64,000 nucleotides of DNA from an uncultured Bacteroidota bacterium (lineage in GTDB: Bacteria; Bacteroidota; Bacteroidia; Flavobacteriales_D; Crocinitomicaceae): assembly GCA_937899625.1 (NCBI GenBank), contig CALCCB010000083.1, forward strand, positions 463 to 64,462, given 5' to 3'. The position numbers and the translations under genes are program-made. Position 1 is the first letter of the stretch, and each line of letters opens with the position of its first letter. Below the pieces are notes generated by a model. That model worked only from the letters and a program-made list of their open reading frames with translations. It ran no database searches and was not told where the DNA came from. Below, piece by piece: positions 9,099 to 18,137 of the stretch.

Positions 9099-11999
9099 AT
9101 GAGAGTGTTGTTACTCATCCTATTGATCTATTCACAAAGTCAATTACTTTTTGGCCAATACCCTGCCTTTTTCAATTACACGATAGAAAACGGGGCTCCC
9201 TCTAATGAAATATACTGTTCCATTCAGGATTCCAAAGGATATATCTGGATCGGTTGCGATGCCGGGATATTCAGATACAATGGTGTAAGGTATGAGCAGT
9301 TTCAGTCACAAGATCTATCGGCTCGTTCAGCAACCGGGCTGATTGAAACGTTGGATGGTAAGATTTATGGCTATAATTTCAATAATCAGCTATTCTATAT
9401 TGAAAATGAAAAACTGATCGTTCATCACACCTGGAATACGTTGATCAATTCAATGGCTTACGATAAAAAAGGTTCCCTCTGGATCTCAACCCAAAAAGGA
9501 CCATTTATACTGGACGTAAAAAGTGGTAAATGGAAACAAGTTTCAACATCCCATCACACATTGGGTCCATTTGGAGAAACATTCACGAGCGGAATAAGAT
9601 CCGACCAGGAAGGCACCATTTATTACCACAATTACAACAAGATCATTACATATAAAGGCGACGAATTTAGTGGGTTTCAGATACCGGAAGAATTCTACGA
9701 CAAACCCATGATCATTTCCAATTCATCAGGAAAACCATGGTTATTTGATAGACATGGAGCCAGTGTTTATCGTGAGGATCTTGACAAATGGACTCCCTAT
9801 TCAAATGAAGAGCTAATCAAGCTTTTGAAAGGAAGAAAGATCACGAAGGTAAATGAAATAGAACCCGGAATCCTATGGATCTGCACCTATTCGGGAGTTA
9901 TCCGCTTGAATACCTCCAATGGTCAGGCCGAACTGATCTATGAGAAATTGTCCTTCTCGGATATTCTGAATGACAACGAAGGGAGCTTATGGTTAACTAC
10001 TCTAAGCAATGGTATTCTAAGAATTCCAAACATAAAAATTCGTGTTTGGGACCAGGAAAACTCTGGCTTGATCAATGACAACTATAAACAAGTTTTAAGT
10101 ACCACTGAAGGAGTCTTTTTATCAGGATCATCAAGTGAGATCATTCATCTAACAAATCAGAAAGAACTTCGTGTAATTACCAATTCAGCACGATCAGATG
10201 TAAATGGATTGTTCTTTGACGGAAAAAATAAGGTCCTTTATTATCACATATCAGGGAAATTATACGCTTTAAAAAATGACGAGATCTTATACTCTGTATC
10301 AATGCCTCGTCCAGTCAAATCTATTATTCAGTCAGATAATGGTTATTTTGTTTTGACCTCTCAGGGAATGTTTTTCAGCTCAGACCTTAGAACTGATCTG
10401 GAACTAAAAAACAAAGTGCTCAATGATTGGTGCAGACAAGGTGTCAAGATCCCCAATAATGAAAATTTTCTGATCGCAGGAAACAAAGGTATTCATGAGA
10501 TCCAGAAAAAGAAGAACCGATGGGTCTTTAAAAGGACCTTTCTTCCGGGAAAACAGATCATCTCTTTATGTGCTGACCATATCAACAACAATGTCTATTT
10601 CCTGAGCTACGATGGTGCCATCTACCAGAAAAGCGGAACTGGAAAGCCTTATCAGATCACGCGATTGAATGAAGAATGTAAAGGGAGTAAAATCTTTTTT
10701 TACCGAGACCAAATTTACATCGCATCAAACAAAGGGATCATCAGCTTCAACCCCGAAAATAAATCATCGATAACGATCAACAAATATTATGGCCTGAATT
10801 CAAACAACATCAGTGATCTAAGCTTCAAAGGTGATCGCTGCTGGGCTGCAACAGGAAAAGGGATTCATATGATACCAATCTCTGAATTCAAAAAAAGAAA
10901 ACCGGTTGGGAGTCTGCAGTTTCGATCAATTATTGTAAATGGCAAAAAGAAAGACTATTCGTCTCCAATGGTGCTTCAACACAACGATGAATTATCGATC
11001 ATTCTGGATGGATTGATCTACAGTTCTGAAGATAAGTTTCAGTTTTACTATCGATTCAAGAATGGGAGTAACAAATGGATAAGGGCCCCAGGTTCAACAC
11101 GAAGGATATCTATCTTACAATTGCCTTACGGTGAGGTAGACTTTGAGATCGTACTCCTTGACCATGAAGGAAACAAATGTGGAGTACCTTTAACTTATTC
11201 ATTTAAGGTAATCCCTCCGTTCTGGTATCGATGGTGGTTCTACCTTGCTTTGGGACTATTTGCTGCGTTAATCACTTTTTTGATCTTCAAATACCGAGAG
11301 ATCAAAATTCGAAAACAACAACAAGCCGAGCTTGCTAGGGTGAATCTTGAAAATGAGCTTCGACTTAGCCAGCAGAATGCACTGAAATCGCAAATGAATC
11401 CTCATTTTCTGTTTAATGTCCTGAATTCGATCAAAGGATACATTTATGAGAATGACAAGTCAAATGCTGTTCGCTATTTAAGTGATTTTTCGAATCTGGT
11501 ACGAATGATCCTTGAGCAAAGTTCATTATCGAATGTAACACTGGAGAAGGAATTGGAAACCCTCAAGATCTACATAGAGCTGGAGTCCATGCTTCTGGAC
11601 GGAGAGTTTAAATTAGAACTGGACATTGAAGATCAACTTGACATATCCAGTATTCAAATTCCCGCACTCTTATTACAGCCTTATGTTGAAAATGCTTTTA
11701 AACATGGGCTTAGACACCGTAAAGGAGAAAAATGGATCAAAATGAAGATCCGCATGAACGAGGACCTTCAAATGATCGAAGTGAAGATCACGGATAATGG
11801 AATTGGAAGAAAGGCATCCATGAAGCTAAACAATGAAACGCACAAGGATCATCAATCTTTTGCTACCAGCGCCAATGAAAAGCGCATAGAATTACTGAAT
11901 TTTGAAAAGGAAGGTGTTGTTGGAGTGATCTATAACGATAACTTTGACACCGGTGGAAGTCCTAACGGAACAACAGTAACGATTCGCGTCCATGTCTGA
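9099..11999 (+). CDS. sensor histidine kinase with a two-component-regulator propeller / Y_Y_Y-type extracytoplasmic domain and a LytS/YehU-type kinase core
   Basis: 966 aa. A long beta-propeller-like N-terminus (repeated G.IWIGC / LWISTQKG / LWLTTLSNGI motifs) precedes a single TM segment (WWFYLALGLFAALITFLIF). The His_kinase motif is NPHFLFNVLNSI, and an ATPase region follows (LLQPYVENAFKHG ... DNGIG). Confidence 0.85.
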   Translation: MRVLLLILLIYSQSQLLFGQYPAFFNYTIENGAPSNEIYCSIQDSKGYIWIGCDAGIFRYNGVRYEQFQSQDLSARSATGLIETLDGKIYGYNFNNQLFYIENEKLIVHHTWNTLINSMAYDKKGSLWISTQKGPFILDVKSGKWKQVSTSHHTLGPFGETFTSGIRSDQEGTIYYHNYNKIITYKGDEFSGFQIPEEFYDKPMIISNSSGKPWLFDRHGASVYREDLDKWTPYSNEELIKLLKGRKITKVNEIEPGILWICTYSGVIRLNTSNGQAELIYEKLSFSDILNDNEGSLWLTTLSNGILRIPNIKIRVWDQENSGLINDNYKQVLSTTEGVFLSGSSSEIIHLTNQKELRVITNSARSDVNGLFFDGKNKVLYYHISGKLYALKNDEILYSVSMPRPVKSIIQSDNGYFVLTSQGMFFSSDLRTDLELKNKVLNDWCRQGVKIPNNENFLIAGNKGIHEIQKKKNRWVFKRTFLPGKQIISLCADHINNNVYFLSYDGAIYQKSGTGKPYQITRLNEECKGSKIFFYRDQIYIASNKGIISFNPENKSSITINKYYGLNSNNISDLSFKGDRCWAATGKGIHMIPISEFKKRKPVGSLQFRSIIVNGKKKDYSSPMVLQHNDELSIILDGLIYSSEDKFQFYYRFKNGSNKWIRAPGSTRRISILQLPYGEVDFEIVLLDHEGNKCGVPLTYSFKVIPPFWYRWWFYLALGLFAALITFLIFKYREIKIRKQQQAELARVNLENELRLSQQNALKSQMNPHFLFNVLNSIKGYIYENDKSNAVRYLSDFSNLVRMILEQSSLSNVTLEKELETLKIYIELESMLLDGEFKLELDIEDQLDISSIQIPALLLQPYVENAFKHGLRHRKGEKWIKMKIRMNEDLQMIEVKITDNGIGRKASMKLNNETHKDHQSFATSANEKRIELLNFEKEGVVGVIYNDNFDTGGSPNGTTVTIRVHV

Positions 12000-12752
12000 A
12001 AAAAGCTCGATCAAAGCACTTATAATTGACGATTCAAAGCAAGCAAGGAAATTGCTTCGCTTGATGCTCATTGAACTTGCCAATGATTTTCAAGTGATCG
12101 GAGAAGCTGAGGACGCAGAAAAAGGACTTCGTTTGATCAAAAATGAACATCCCGATGTAGCATTTCTGGATATTGAAATGCCGGGGAAATCTGGAATTCA
12201 ACTCGCCGAGCAGATCTCACAGCTACAATTGAAAACCAAAATTGTGTTCACGACTGCATACAATGAATATGCGATCAAGGCATTTCGTCTTTCTGCCGTT
12301 GATTATTTATTGAAACCGATTCAGGAAAACCAACTGATAGAAGCGACGGAAAAGTAAGAAGTGAAGTGAATACAACTGATCAGATCAATCAGTTGATGGC
12401 CCTATCTCAGAACTTGCAAGAAGATAAAAATGACGTGCTTGCAATTCCGATACAGGGAGGATTTGAATATATTCCTTTGAATGAGATCGAATACCTGGAA
12501 GCGGATGGATCCTATGTACAGATCTATTGCAACAACAACAGTTGTAAGACAGTATCCAAGAATCTCAAGTACTTCGAAAACGCTTTGGCTGATAATTCCA
12601 ATTTCATTCGTCCTCACCGATCATTTCTGGTAAACCTGGATTATGTCACCAACTACTCCAAATCAGAAGGAGGGTATTTACTGCTTAAGCGCAATGTTCA
12701 GATCCCAATTTCAAGAGAGCGAAAACAGGCTATTCAAGAGATCTTAAAATAG
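11992..12752 (+). pseudogene. LytR/AlgR-family response regulator, interrupted: receiver domain at 11992-12357 (frame 1), LytTR DNA-binding domain at 12366-12752 (frame 3)
   Basis: The receiver ORF (ALIIDDS...FLDIEMPG...TTAYNEYA...DYLLKP) stops at TAA 12355-12357. The LytTR ORF (...EYLEADGSYVQIY...HRSFLVNLDYV) is open in frame 3 from 12303. One extra A in the run at 12350-12353 would give a single protein of about 253 aa reading ...ATEKVRSEVNTTDQ.... The start overlaps the kinase stop (ATGTCTGA). Confidence 0.7.
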
Positions 12753-12918
12753 ACTAAAACAATATCAAAAGGAACCATAATTTTGAAAACGGCGATGGTT
12801 TATTGTTGTTTAAAATGCTGTTCACAAACTCAAACCTACCATTCACAAATTCTGTACATACATTTCTTAGTATTCTGCCTACTCTTGAAATGTAGTTTGC
12901 GGAGTAGTACTAAACTAT

Positions 12919-12934
12919 AATGGTGTACACCATT
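12919..12934. promoter_or_regulatory. 16-bp perfect palindrome AATGGTGTACACCATT in a non-coding gap
   Basis: Read directly from the sequence, which equals its own reverse complement. It lies between the LytTR gene end (12752) and the lysS terminator. Confidence 0.3.
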
Positions 12935-12945
12935 GCTAGGTTAAG

Positions 12946-12975
12946 AAAAAAGGCGGTAAGTGATCACCGCCTTTT
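12946..12975. terminator. bidirectional Rho-independent terminator (lysS on the minus strand, LytTR gene on the plus strand)
   Basis: Stem ggcggt (12952-12957) / accgcc (12966-12971). It is flanked by an A-run (12946-12951) and a T-run (12972-12975). Confidence 0.7.
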
Positions 12976-12995
12976 GAATTTATTGTTTTCTATTC

Positions 12996-14699
12996 TTAAG
13001 CCAATTCTACTGTAAGCGCAGCATCCGTCTTTACCACTTTCAACGCTCCGTGCTTCGTCAGTGATTTAATACTAACATCCCATTGCTTGTTGCTCAATCC
13101 AGCTTTCGTTTTCAAATCATTCAGATCCATGGCTCCTTCCTTCTGAACCATTTCAAAGATCATCTTTTCATTTTCGGTTAGCTCCAGCTTGTGTGATTTT
13201 ACCTCAGGTCTCATCTGCGGGAAGAAAAGTACTTCCTGTATCGATTGATTATCCGTTAAGAACATGATCAGACGGTCCATACCGATTCCCAAGCCACTTG
13301 TTGGTGGCATCCCATATTCAAGTGCACGCAAGAAATCCTGATCGATGAACATCGCTTCATCATCTCCCCTTTCAGAAAGTCTCAACTGATCCTCAAAACG
13401 CTCGCGCTGATCGATCGGATCATTTAACTCAGAATATGCATTGGCGATCTCTTTTCCACACACCATTAACTCAAAGCGCTCTGTAAGCTCAGGGTCATTG
13501 CGATGTGTTTTACACAATGGAGACATCTCTTTCGGATAATCGGTAATGAATGTTGGTTGGATGTAATTTCCTTCGCACTTTTCACCAAAGATCTCATCGA
13601 TCAATTTCCCTTTCCCCATTGTATCATTCACATCAATCCCCATTCCTTTAGCAGCTGCAAAGATCTCTTCTTCCGTTTTCCCCTTGATGTCAAATCCGGT
13701 AAACTCAAGAATTGCATCGCGCATGGTTACACGCTTGTACGGTGCTTTGAAATCAATATCGTGTTCTCCAAAACGAGCTTTTGTCGTTCCATTCACAGCT
13801 AATGCACAGTGCTCCAACAATTGCTCAGTAAAGTCCATCATCCAGTTGTAATCCTTGTAAGCTACATAGATCTCCATAGCTGTGAACTCCGGATTGTGCG
13901 TTCTGTCCATCCCTTCATTTCTGAAGTTCTTCGAGAACTCATACACTCCATCAAATCCACCTACGATCAATCTTTTCAGGTACAATTCATTGGCAATACG
14001 CATGTACAAAGGAATATCCAGTGCATTGTGCTGAGTAACGAACGGTCTGGCAGATGCTCCACCCGGTATTGGTTGAAGGATCGGTGTTTCAACTTCCATA
14101 TAACCTGCATCGTTGAAGAACTGACGCATCGCATTGAACAACTTTGTTCGCTTGATGAAAACATCCTTCACGTGCTGATTTACCACAAGATCAGCATAAC
14201 GCTGACGATATCGCAATTCAGGATCTGTGAATGCATCATGGACTTTCCCTTCAGCATCTGTTTTTGGTAATGGAAGTGGTTTCAAAGACTTGCTCAACAA
14301 AGTAAATTCCTTCACATTGATCGAAGGCTCACCTACTTGCGTCGTGAACAATTCTCCCTTTACTCCGATGAAATCACCAAGATCAAGGAAACGTTTGAAA
14401 ACCTCATTGTAAAGTGTTTTGTCTTCTCCCGAACAGATTTCATCTCTGTTGAAATACACCTGGATTCGTCCAGTTGAATCCTGAAGCTCAGCAAAGGAAG
14501 CCTTTCCCATGATTCGCTGACTCATCATTCTACCTGCAATACATACCTCTTTACCCTCAACAAAGTCTTCTCTAATCCCTTGCGTCGTGTGACTTACAGG
14601 ATATAATGCTGCAGGATAAGGATCGATCCCGAATTCACGGATCTTATTCAACGTTTCTCTTCGCTGGATCTCTTGTTCAGATAGTTCAAAAACACTCAT
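12996..14699 (-). CDS. lysS: lysine--tRNA ligase (class II) with a C-terminal extension of about 69 aa
   Basis: Class II motifs are FRNEGMDRTHNPEFT and GLGIGMDRL. The start is chosen at MSVFELSEQEIQRRE (ATG at 14697-14699) rather than the track start at 14720. The extension reads EVKSHKLELTENEK...TVELA. Confidence 0.93.
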   Translation of the reverse strand: MSVFELSEQEIQRRETLNKIREFGIDPYPAALYPVSHTTQGIREDFVEGKEVCIAGRMMSQRIMGKASFAELQDSTGRIQVYFNRDEICSGEDKTLYNEVFKRFLDLGDFIGVKGELFTTQVGEPSINVKEFTLLSKSLKPLPLPKTDAEGKVHDAFTDPELRYRQRYADLVVNQHVKDVFIKRTKLFNAMRQFFNDAGYMEVETPILQPIPGGASARPFVTQHNALDIPLYMRIANELYLKRLIVGGFDGVYEFSKNFRNEGMDRTHNPEFTAMEIYVAYKDYNWMMDFTEQLLEHCALAVNGTTKARFGEHDIDFKAPYKRVTMRDAILEFTGFDIKGKTEEEIFAAAKGMGIDVNDTMGKGKLIDEIFGEKCEGNYIQPTFITDYPKEMSPLCKTHRNDPELTERFELMVCGKEIANAYSELNDPIDQRERFEDQLRLSERGDDEAMFIDQDFLRALEYGMPPTSGLGIGMDRLIMFLTDNQSIQEVLFFPQMRPEVKSHKLELTENEKMIFEMVQKEGAMDLNDLKTKAGLSNKQWDVSIKSLTKHGALKVVKTDAALTVELA

Positions 14700-14800
14700 T
14701 TTCTTACAATTGAGGTGCAAAGATACAGAAGGATTCGGAAATATACTTTAAGGTGGCTAAACGGTGATGGTAATCATGGTTAAATTCCTAACTTTACCCC

Positions 14801-15355
14801 ATGGACTACCTCGATATTAATGTATTGAAATCCCTCCACATCATCTTCGTTGTAAGTTGGTTTGCAGGCCTTTTCTATATCGTTCGTTTGTTCATTTATC
14901 ATACGGAGGCGCAGACCAGAACCAAAGAAGAGGCAGCGTTGTTGTCTTCTCAGTTCGAGATCATGGAGTGGAGGCTATGGTATATCATCACCACTCCGGC
15001 AATGGTTCTCACCATTCTGTTCGGAACGCTCATGATCCTTAAATATCCCGACCTGTATTTCTTTGGCGAACATGCACGTTGGATGCACATCAAGCTTGGA
15101 TTTGTGGGTATGCTGCTGGTGTATCATTTCGTTTGTCAGAAGATCATGAACGATCTGAAAAAAGGAAAATTCAACTGGACTTCAGGAAAGCTGCGACTCT
15201 GGAACGAAGTAGCTACGCTTGCGCTGGTTGCGATCGTATTTCTGGTCGTGATGAAAAACTCAATGGACTGGATCAAAGGCACAGTAGGTTTCTTTGCAGT
15301 TGCCATTTTGCTGATGATCCTCATTAAAATTTATAAACGTTTACGAAAATCATAA
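14801..15355 (+). CDS. HemJ-like / CopD-family membrane protein (putative protoporphyrinogen IX oxidase)
   Basis: 184 aa with four or five TM helices. The N-terminus LKSLHIIFVVSWFAGLFYIVRLFIYH resembles the UPF0093/HemJ family. Confidence 0.7.
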   Translation: MDYLDINVLKSLHIIFVVSWFAGLFYIVRLFIYHTEAQTRTKEEAALLSSQFEIMEWRLWYIITTPAMVLTILFGTLMILKYPDLYFFGEHARWMHIKLGFVGMLLVYHFVCQKIMNDLKKGKFNWTSGKLRLWNEVATLALVAIVFLVVMKNSMDWIKGTVGFFAVAILLMILIKIYKRLRKS

Positions 15356-15360
15356 TAGAC

Positions 15361-16137
15361 ATGTACAATAATCTGCTTGTTGAAAGAAAGGGAATGATCG
15401 AGATCATTACGATCAACAGACCAAGTCAATTGAATGCCTTGAACAAAGAAACCATCCAGGAATTGAATGCTGCTTTAACAGCTGCAAACGACGATAAAAA
15501 TGTAGGAGTGATCATCCTTACTGGTAGTGGTGAAAAGGCATTTGTTGCCGGAGCAGATATCAAGGAATTTGCACATTTCTCAATTGCCGAAGGTGGAAAA
15601 CTGGCAGCAAATGGGCAAGAATTATTGTTCGATTACGTTGAGAATTTAAACACTCCTGTCATCGCAGCAGTAAATGGATTTGCCCTTGGAGGTGGACTCG
15701 AATTAGCGATGGCATCCCATATTCGCATTGCATCATCCAATGCAAGAATGGGGCTTCCTGAAGTTTCTTTGGGTGTGATCCCTGGATACGGAGGAACTCA
15801 GCGCTTGGCTCAACTTGTTGGTAAAGGAAAAGCCAATGAAATGGTTTTCACAGCAGGGATGATCAAAGCAGAAGAAGCTCTTACCTGGGGATTGGTCAAT
15901 ACAGTTGTTGAACCTGAAAATTTGATGAATGCCGCGGAAGAAATGGCAGCCAAGATCCTGAACAATTCAGGAACGGCAATAGCATCAGCGATCCGTGCGG
16001 TCAATGCCGGTTTTAAAGATGGTGTCGATGGTTACCAGGCTGAAATCGAAGAATTCGGAAAGTGTTTTGGAACAGCTGATTTCAAAGAAGGAACAACTGC
16101 TTTCATTGAAAAAAGAAAAGCTAACTTCAGAGGTTAA
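15361..16137 (+). CDS. enoyl-CoA hydratase/isomerase (crotonase) family protein
   Basis: 258 aa. Motifs are ITINRPSQLNALN, GSGEKAFVAGADIKEF and the crotonase signature NGFALGGGLELAMASHIRIAS. Confidence 0.9.
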   Translation: MYNNLLVERKGMIEIITINRPSQLNALNKETIQELNAALTAANDDKNVGVIILTGSGEKAFVAGADIKEFAHFSIAEGGKLAANGQELLFDYVENLNTPVIAAVNGFALGGGLELAMASHIRIASSNARMGLPEVSLGVIPGYGGTQRLAQLVGKGKANEMVFTAGMIKAEEALTWGLVNTVVEPENLMNAAEEMAAKILNNSGTAIASAIRAVNAGFKDGVDGYQAEIEEFGKCFGTADFKEGTTAFIEKRKANFRG

Positions 16138-17594
16138 TGTCTAATCCTCTAAAGCGGTTATTTGGTCAAACGGCGATTTACGGTCTTTCGAGTATCGTTG
16201 GTCGTACTTTGAATTATTTACTTGTTCCGCTTTATACGCACGTCTTTGCAGATCCATCTGATTACGGCGTAGTGTCTGAGCTTTATGCCTGGGTAGCCTT
16301 TTTGATCGTCTTTCTGACCTTTGGAATGGAAACTACTTTTTTCAGATTCATTCAAGATCATGAAGGAGACAAGGAAACGGTCTTCCGAAACAGCTTCTTT
16401 TCAGTCATCGGGATCAATGCGATCTTCTTTCTGTTGCTGATCTATTTCAATGAGGATATTGCCGACTTGATGCTGTACTCTGGTCATAATGAATACATCA
16501 TTTTACTGGGAGCAATCGTTTGTATTGATGCCATTTCGGCACTACCATTGGCCAAATTACGCGCTGAAGAAAAGGCACTGAAATTTGCAGGTATACAGTT
16601 TGCAGCGATCGGGGTGAACATCCTGATCAACCTCGTTCTAATGCTCGGAGCATTCGATCCAGAACGACCTGAAGAAGGAGTTTTATTCATCCTTTTTGCT
16701 AACTTATTCTCTTCGTTGATGAAGCCTTTATTGCTTTACAAGGATTTCATGAACATCTCCTTCAGAGTAGATAAGGAAATGATCAAACGAATGTTATGGT
16801 ATGCATTACCGCTGGTTGTTGCCGGTTTTGCGGGGATCATCAACGAAACACTTGACAGAATCCTATTGAAGCATATGCTCTATGATGGGATGACTGCCGA
16901 ATCGCTGAAATATGCAGAAGGACAAGTGGGGATCTATAGTGCTTGCTACAAGCTTGCGATGCTCGTTTCCATCCTGCTACAGGCATATCGATATGCAGCT
17001 GAACCCTTCTTTTTTGCACAGCTTAAAAATGAGGACAAGAATAAGATCTATGCGAAGGTGATGAACTTTTTCATCGCCGCCGTTGCCCTTGTATTCCTGG
17101 TCGTTTCATTGAACATTGATATCTTCAAATTATTCATAAGAAACGAGTCGTACTATGTCGGATTGGGAGTGGTTCCAATTCTTTTATTAGCGAATGTCTT
17201 CCTGGGGATCTACTTCAATCAAAGTATCTGGTATAAGTTAAGCGGTCAAACCAAGTATGGTGCGTATATCGCAATCGTTGGGGCAACCCTTACCATTCTG
17301 ATCAATGTGATCTTCATACCTTACTTTGGATATTTCGCCAGTGCATGGGCAACCTTGATCGTTTATGCCAGCCAGATGGTCTTGTCATACTACCTTGGTC
17401 AAAAGCATTATCCAATCAAATACAACCTAAGAAAATTCGGACTTTACCTTGGTTCGGCATTACTGATCTACCTCATCGCTTCATTGGTTGATCTCGAAAA
17501 CGGGACACTCAAATTCGTCATCCATAATATCCTTATTCTGGGATATATTGGAATGATCTACTCTTTTGAAAAAAAGAATTTCCATCACGCTTGA
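16137..17594 (+). CDS. oligosaccharide/polysaccharide flippase (Wzx/MOP superfamily)
   Basis: 485 aa, polytopic (12 or more hydrophobic segments). The N-terminus is LFGQTAIYGLSSIVGRTLNYLLVPLYTHVF. The ATG overlaps the upstream stop (TAATG). Confidence 0.8.
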   Translation: MSNPLKRLFGQTAIYGLSSIVGRTLNYLLVPLYTHVFADPSDYGVVSELYAWVAFLIVFLTFGMETTFFRFIQDHEGDKETVFRNSFFSVIGINAIFFLLLIYFNEDIADLMLYSGHNEYIILLGAIVCIDAISALPLAKLRAEEKALKFAGIQFAAIGVNILINLVLMLGAFDPERPEEGVLFILFANLFSSLMKPLLLYKDFMNISFRVDKEMIKRMLWYALPLVVAGFAGIINETLDRILLKHMLYDGMTAESLKYAEGQVGIYSACYKLAMLVSILLQAYRYAAEPFFFAQLKNEDKNKIYAKVMNFFIAAVALVFLVVSLNIDIFKLFIRNESYYVGLGVVPILLLANVFLGIYFNQSIWYKLSGQTKYGAYIAIVGATLTILINVIFIPYFGYFASAWATLIVYASQMVLSYYLGQKHYPIKYNLRKFGLYLGSALLIYLIASLVDLENGTLKFVIHNILILGYIGMIYSFEKKNFHHA

Positions 17595-17686
17595 GTTATT
17601 CGCATTCCTTTGTTCATTAAAGTAGACGTTTTAACCCTCCTCACCCCTCAGTTTTGTTAACTTTGAAGGTTGAAAATTCGATCTGA

Positions 17687-18121
17687 ATGAAAGTTAGAAT
17701 TATAAACCAGTCAAAAAACCCGCTACCCGCATACGAAACAGGTCTTTCCGCAGGAATGGACGTTCGTGCAAATCTTGACGAACCTGTTATTTTAAAACCC
17801 CTCGAAAGAGCATTGATCAAAACCGGATTATTTTTGGAGATTCCGGAGGGATACGAGTGTCAGGTAAGACCGAGAAGTGGTTTAGCCTTCAAAAAGGGGG
17901 TCACCGTTTTGAATTCCCCGGGGACCATCGATGCTGACTACAGAGGTGAGGTTGGAGTAATTCTGGTTAATCTTTCATCAGAACCATTTACAGTAGAGCA
18001 TGGAGAACGCATTGCCCAGCTTGTTTTTGCAAAAGTAAAGCAGGCAAAATGGATCGAAGTTGAGGAACTTTCTGAGACTGAAAGAGGCGCAGGAGGTTTC
18101 GGTAGCACAGGTGTTAAATGA
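17687..18121 (+). CDS. dut: dUTP diphosphatase
   Basis: 144 aa with motifs [25 protein letters not shown] and GERIAQLV. Confidence 0.95.
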   Translation: MKVRIINQSKNPLPAYETGLSAGMDVRANLDEPVILKPLERALIKTGLFLEIPEGYECQVRPRSGLAFKKGVTVLNSPGTIDADYRGEVGVILVNLSSEPFTVEHGERIAQLVFAKVKQAKWIEVEELSETERGAGGFGSTGVK

Positions 18122-18137
18122 GACGATAGACAAGAAA

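Noticed and set aside
12349-12357. The LytTR regulator break might be a programmed -1 ribosomal frameshift.
   Set aside because: G-GAA-AAG is not a canonical X-XXY-YYZ slippery heptamer. I see no downstream stimulatory hairpin or pseudoknot. A one-base homopolymer indel is the simpler explanation.
13503-14412. Plus-strand ORFs of 61-153 aa (13503-13802, 13809-14270, 14227-14412) lie opposite lysS. Similar shadow ORFs lie opposite asnS (3799-4614), rpoN (5834-6227), the O-antigen ligase gene (24189-24963), the flippase (28026-28523), the transglutaminase-like gene (33360-33821), gcvP (49426-50074) and the BNR gene (58600-59964).
   Set aside because: All lie entirely inside, and antisense or out of frame to, ORFs with strong family motifs. 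Their translations are low-complexity or unrecognisable. They are typical frame shadows in a compact genome.
18060-18137. N-terminal extensions are offered by the ORF track at 18060-18137 (nucleotidyltransferase), 14700-14720 (lysS), 26372-26446 (SprF), 39931-40014 (DUF5686-like), 55127-55171 (cupin), 61397-61492 (LolA-like) and 63286-63351 (HMA).
   Set aside because: In each case an internal ATG gives a canonical N-terminus (signal peptide or conserved family start). It also removes overlap with the neighbouring gene or terminator. For example, 55127 starts inside the hairpin at 55116-55134.
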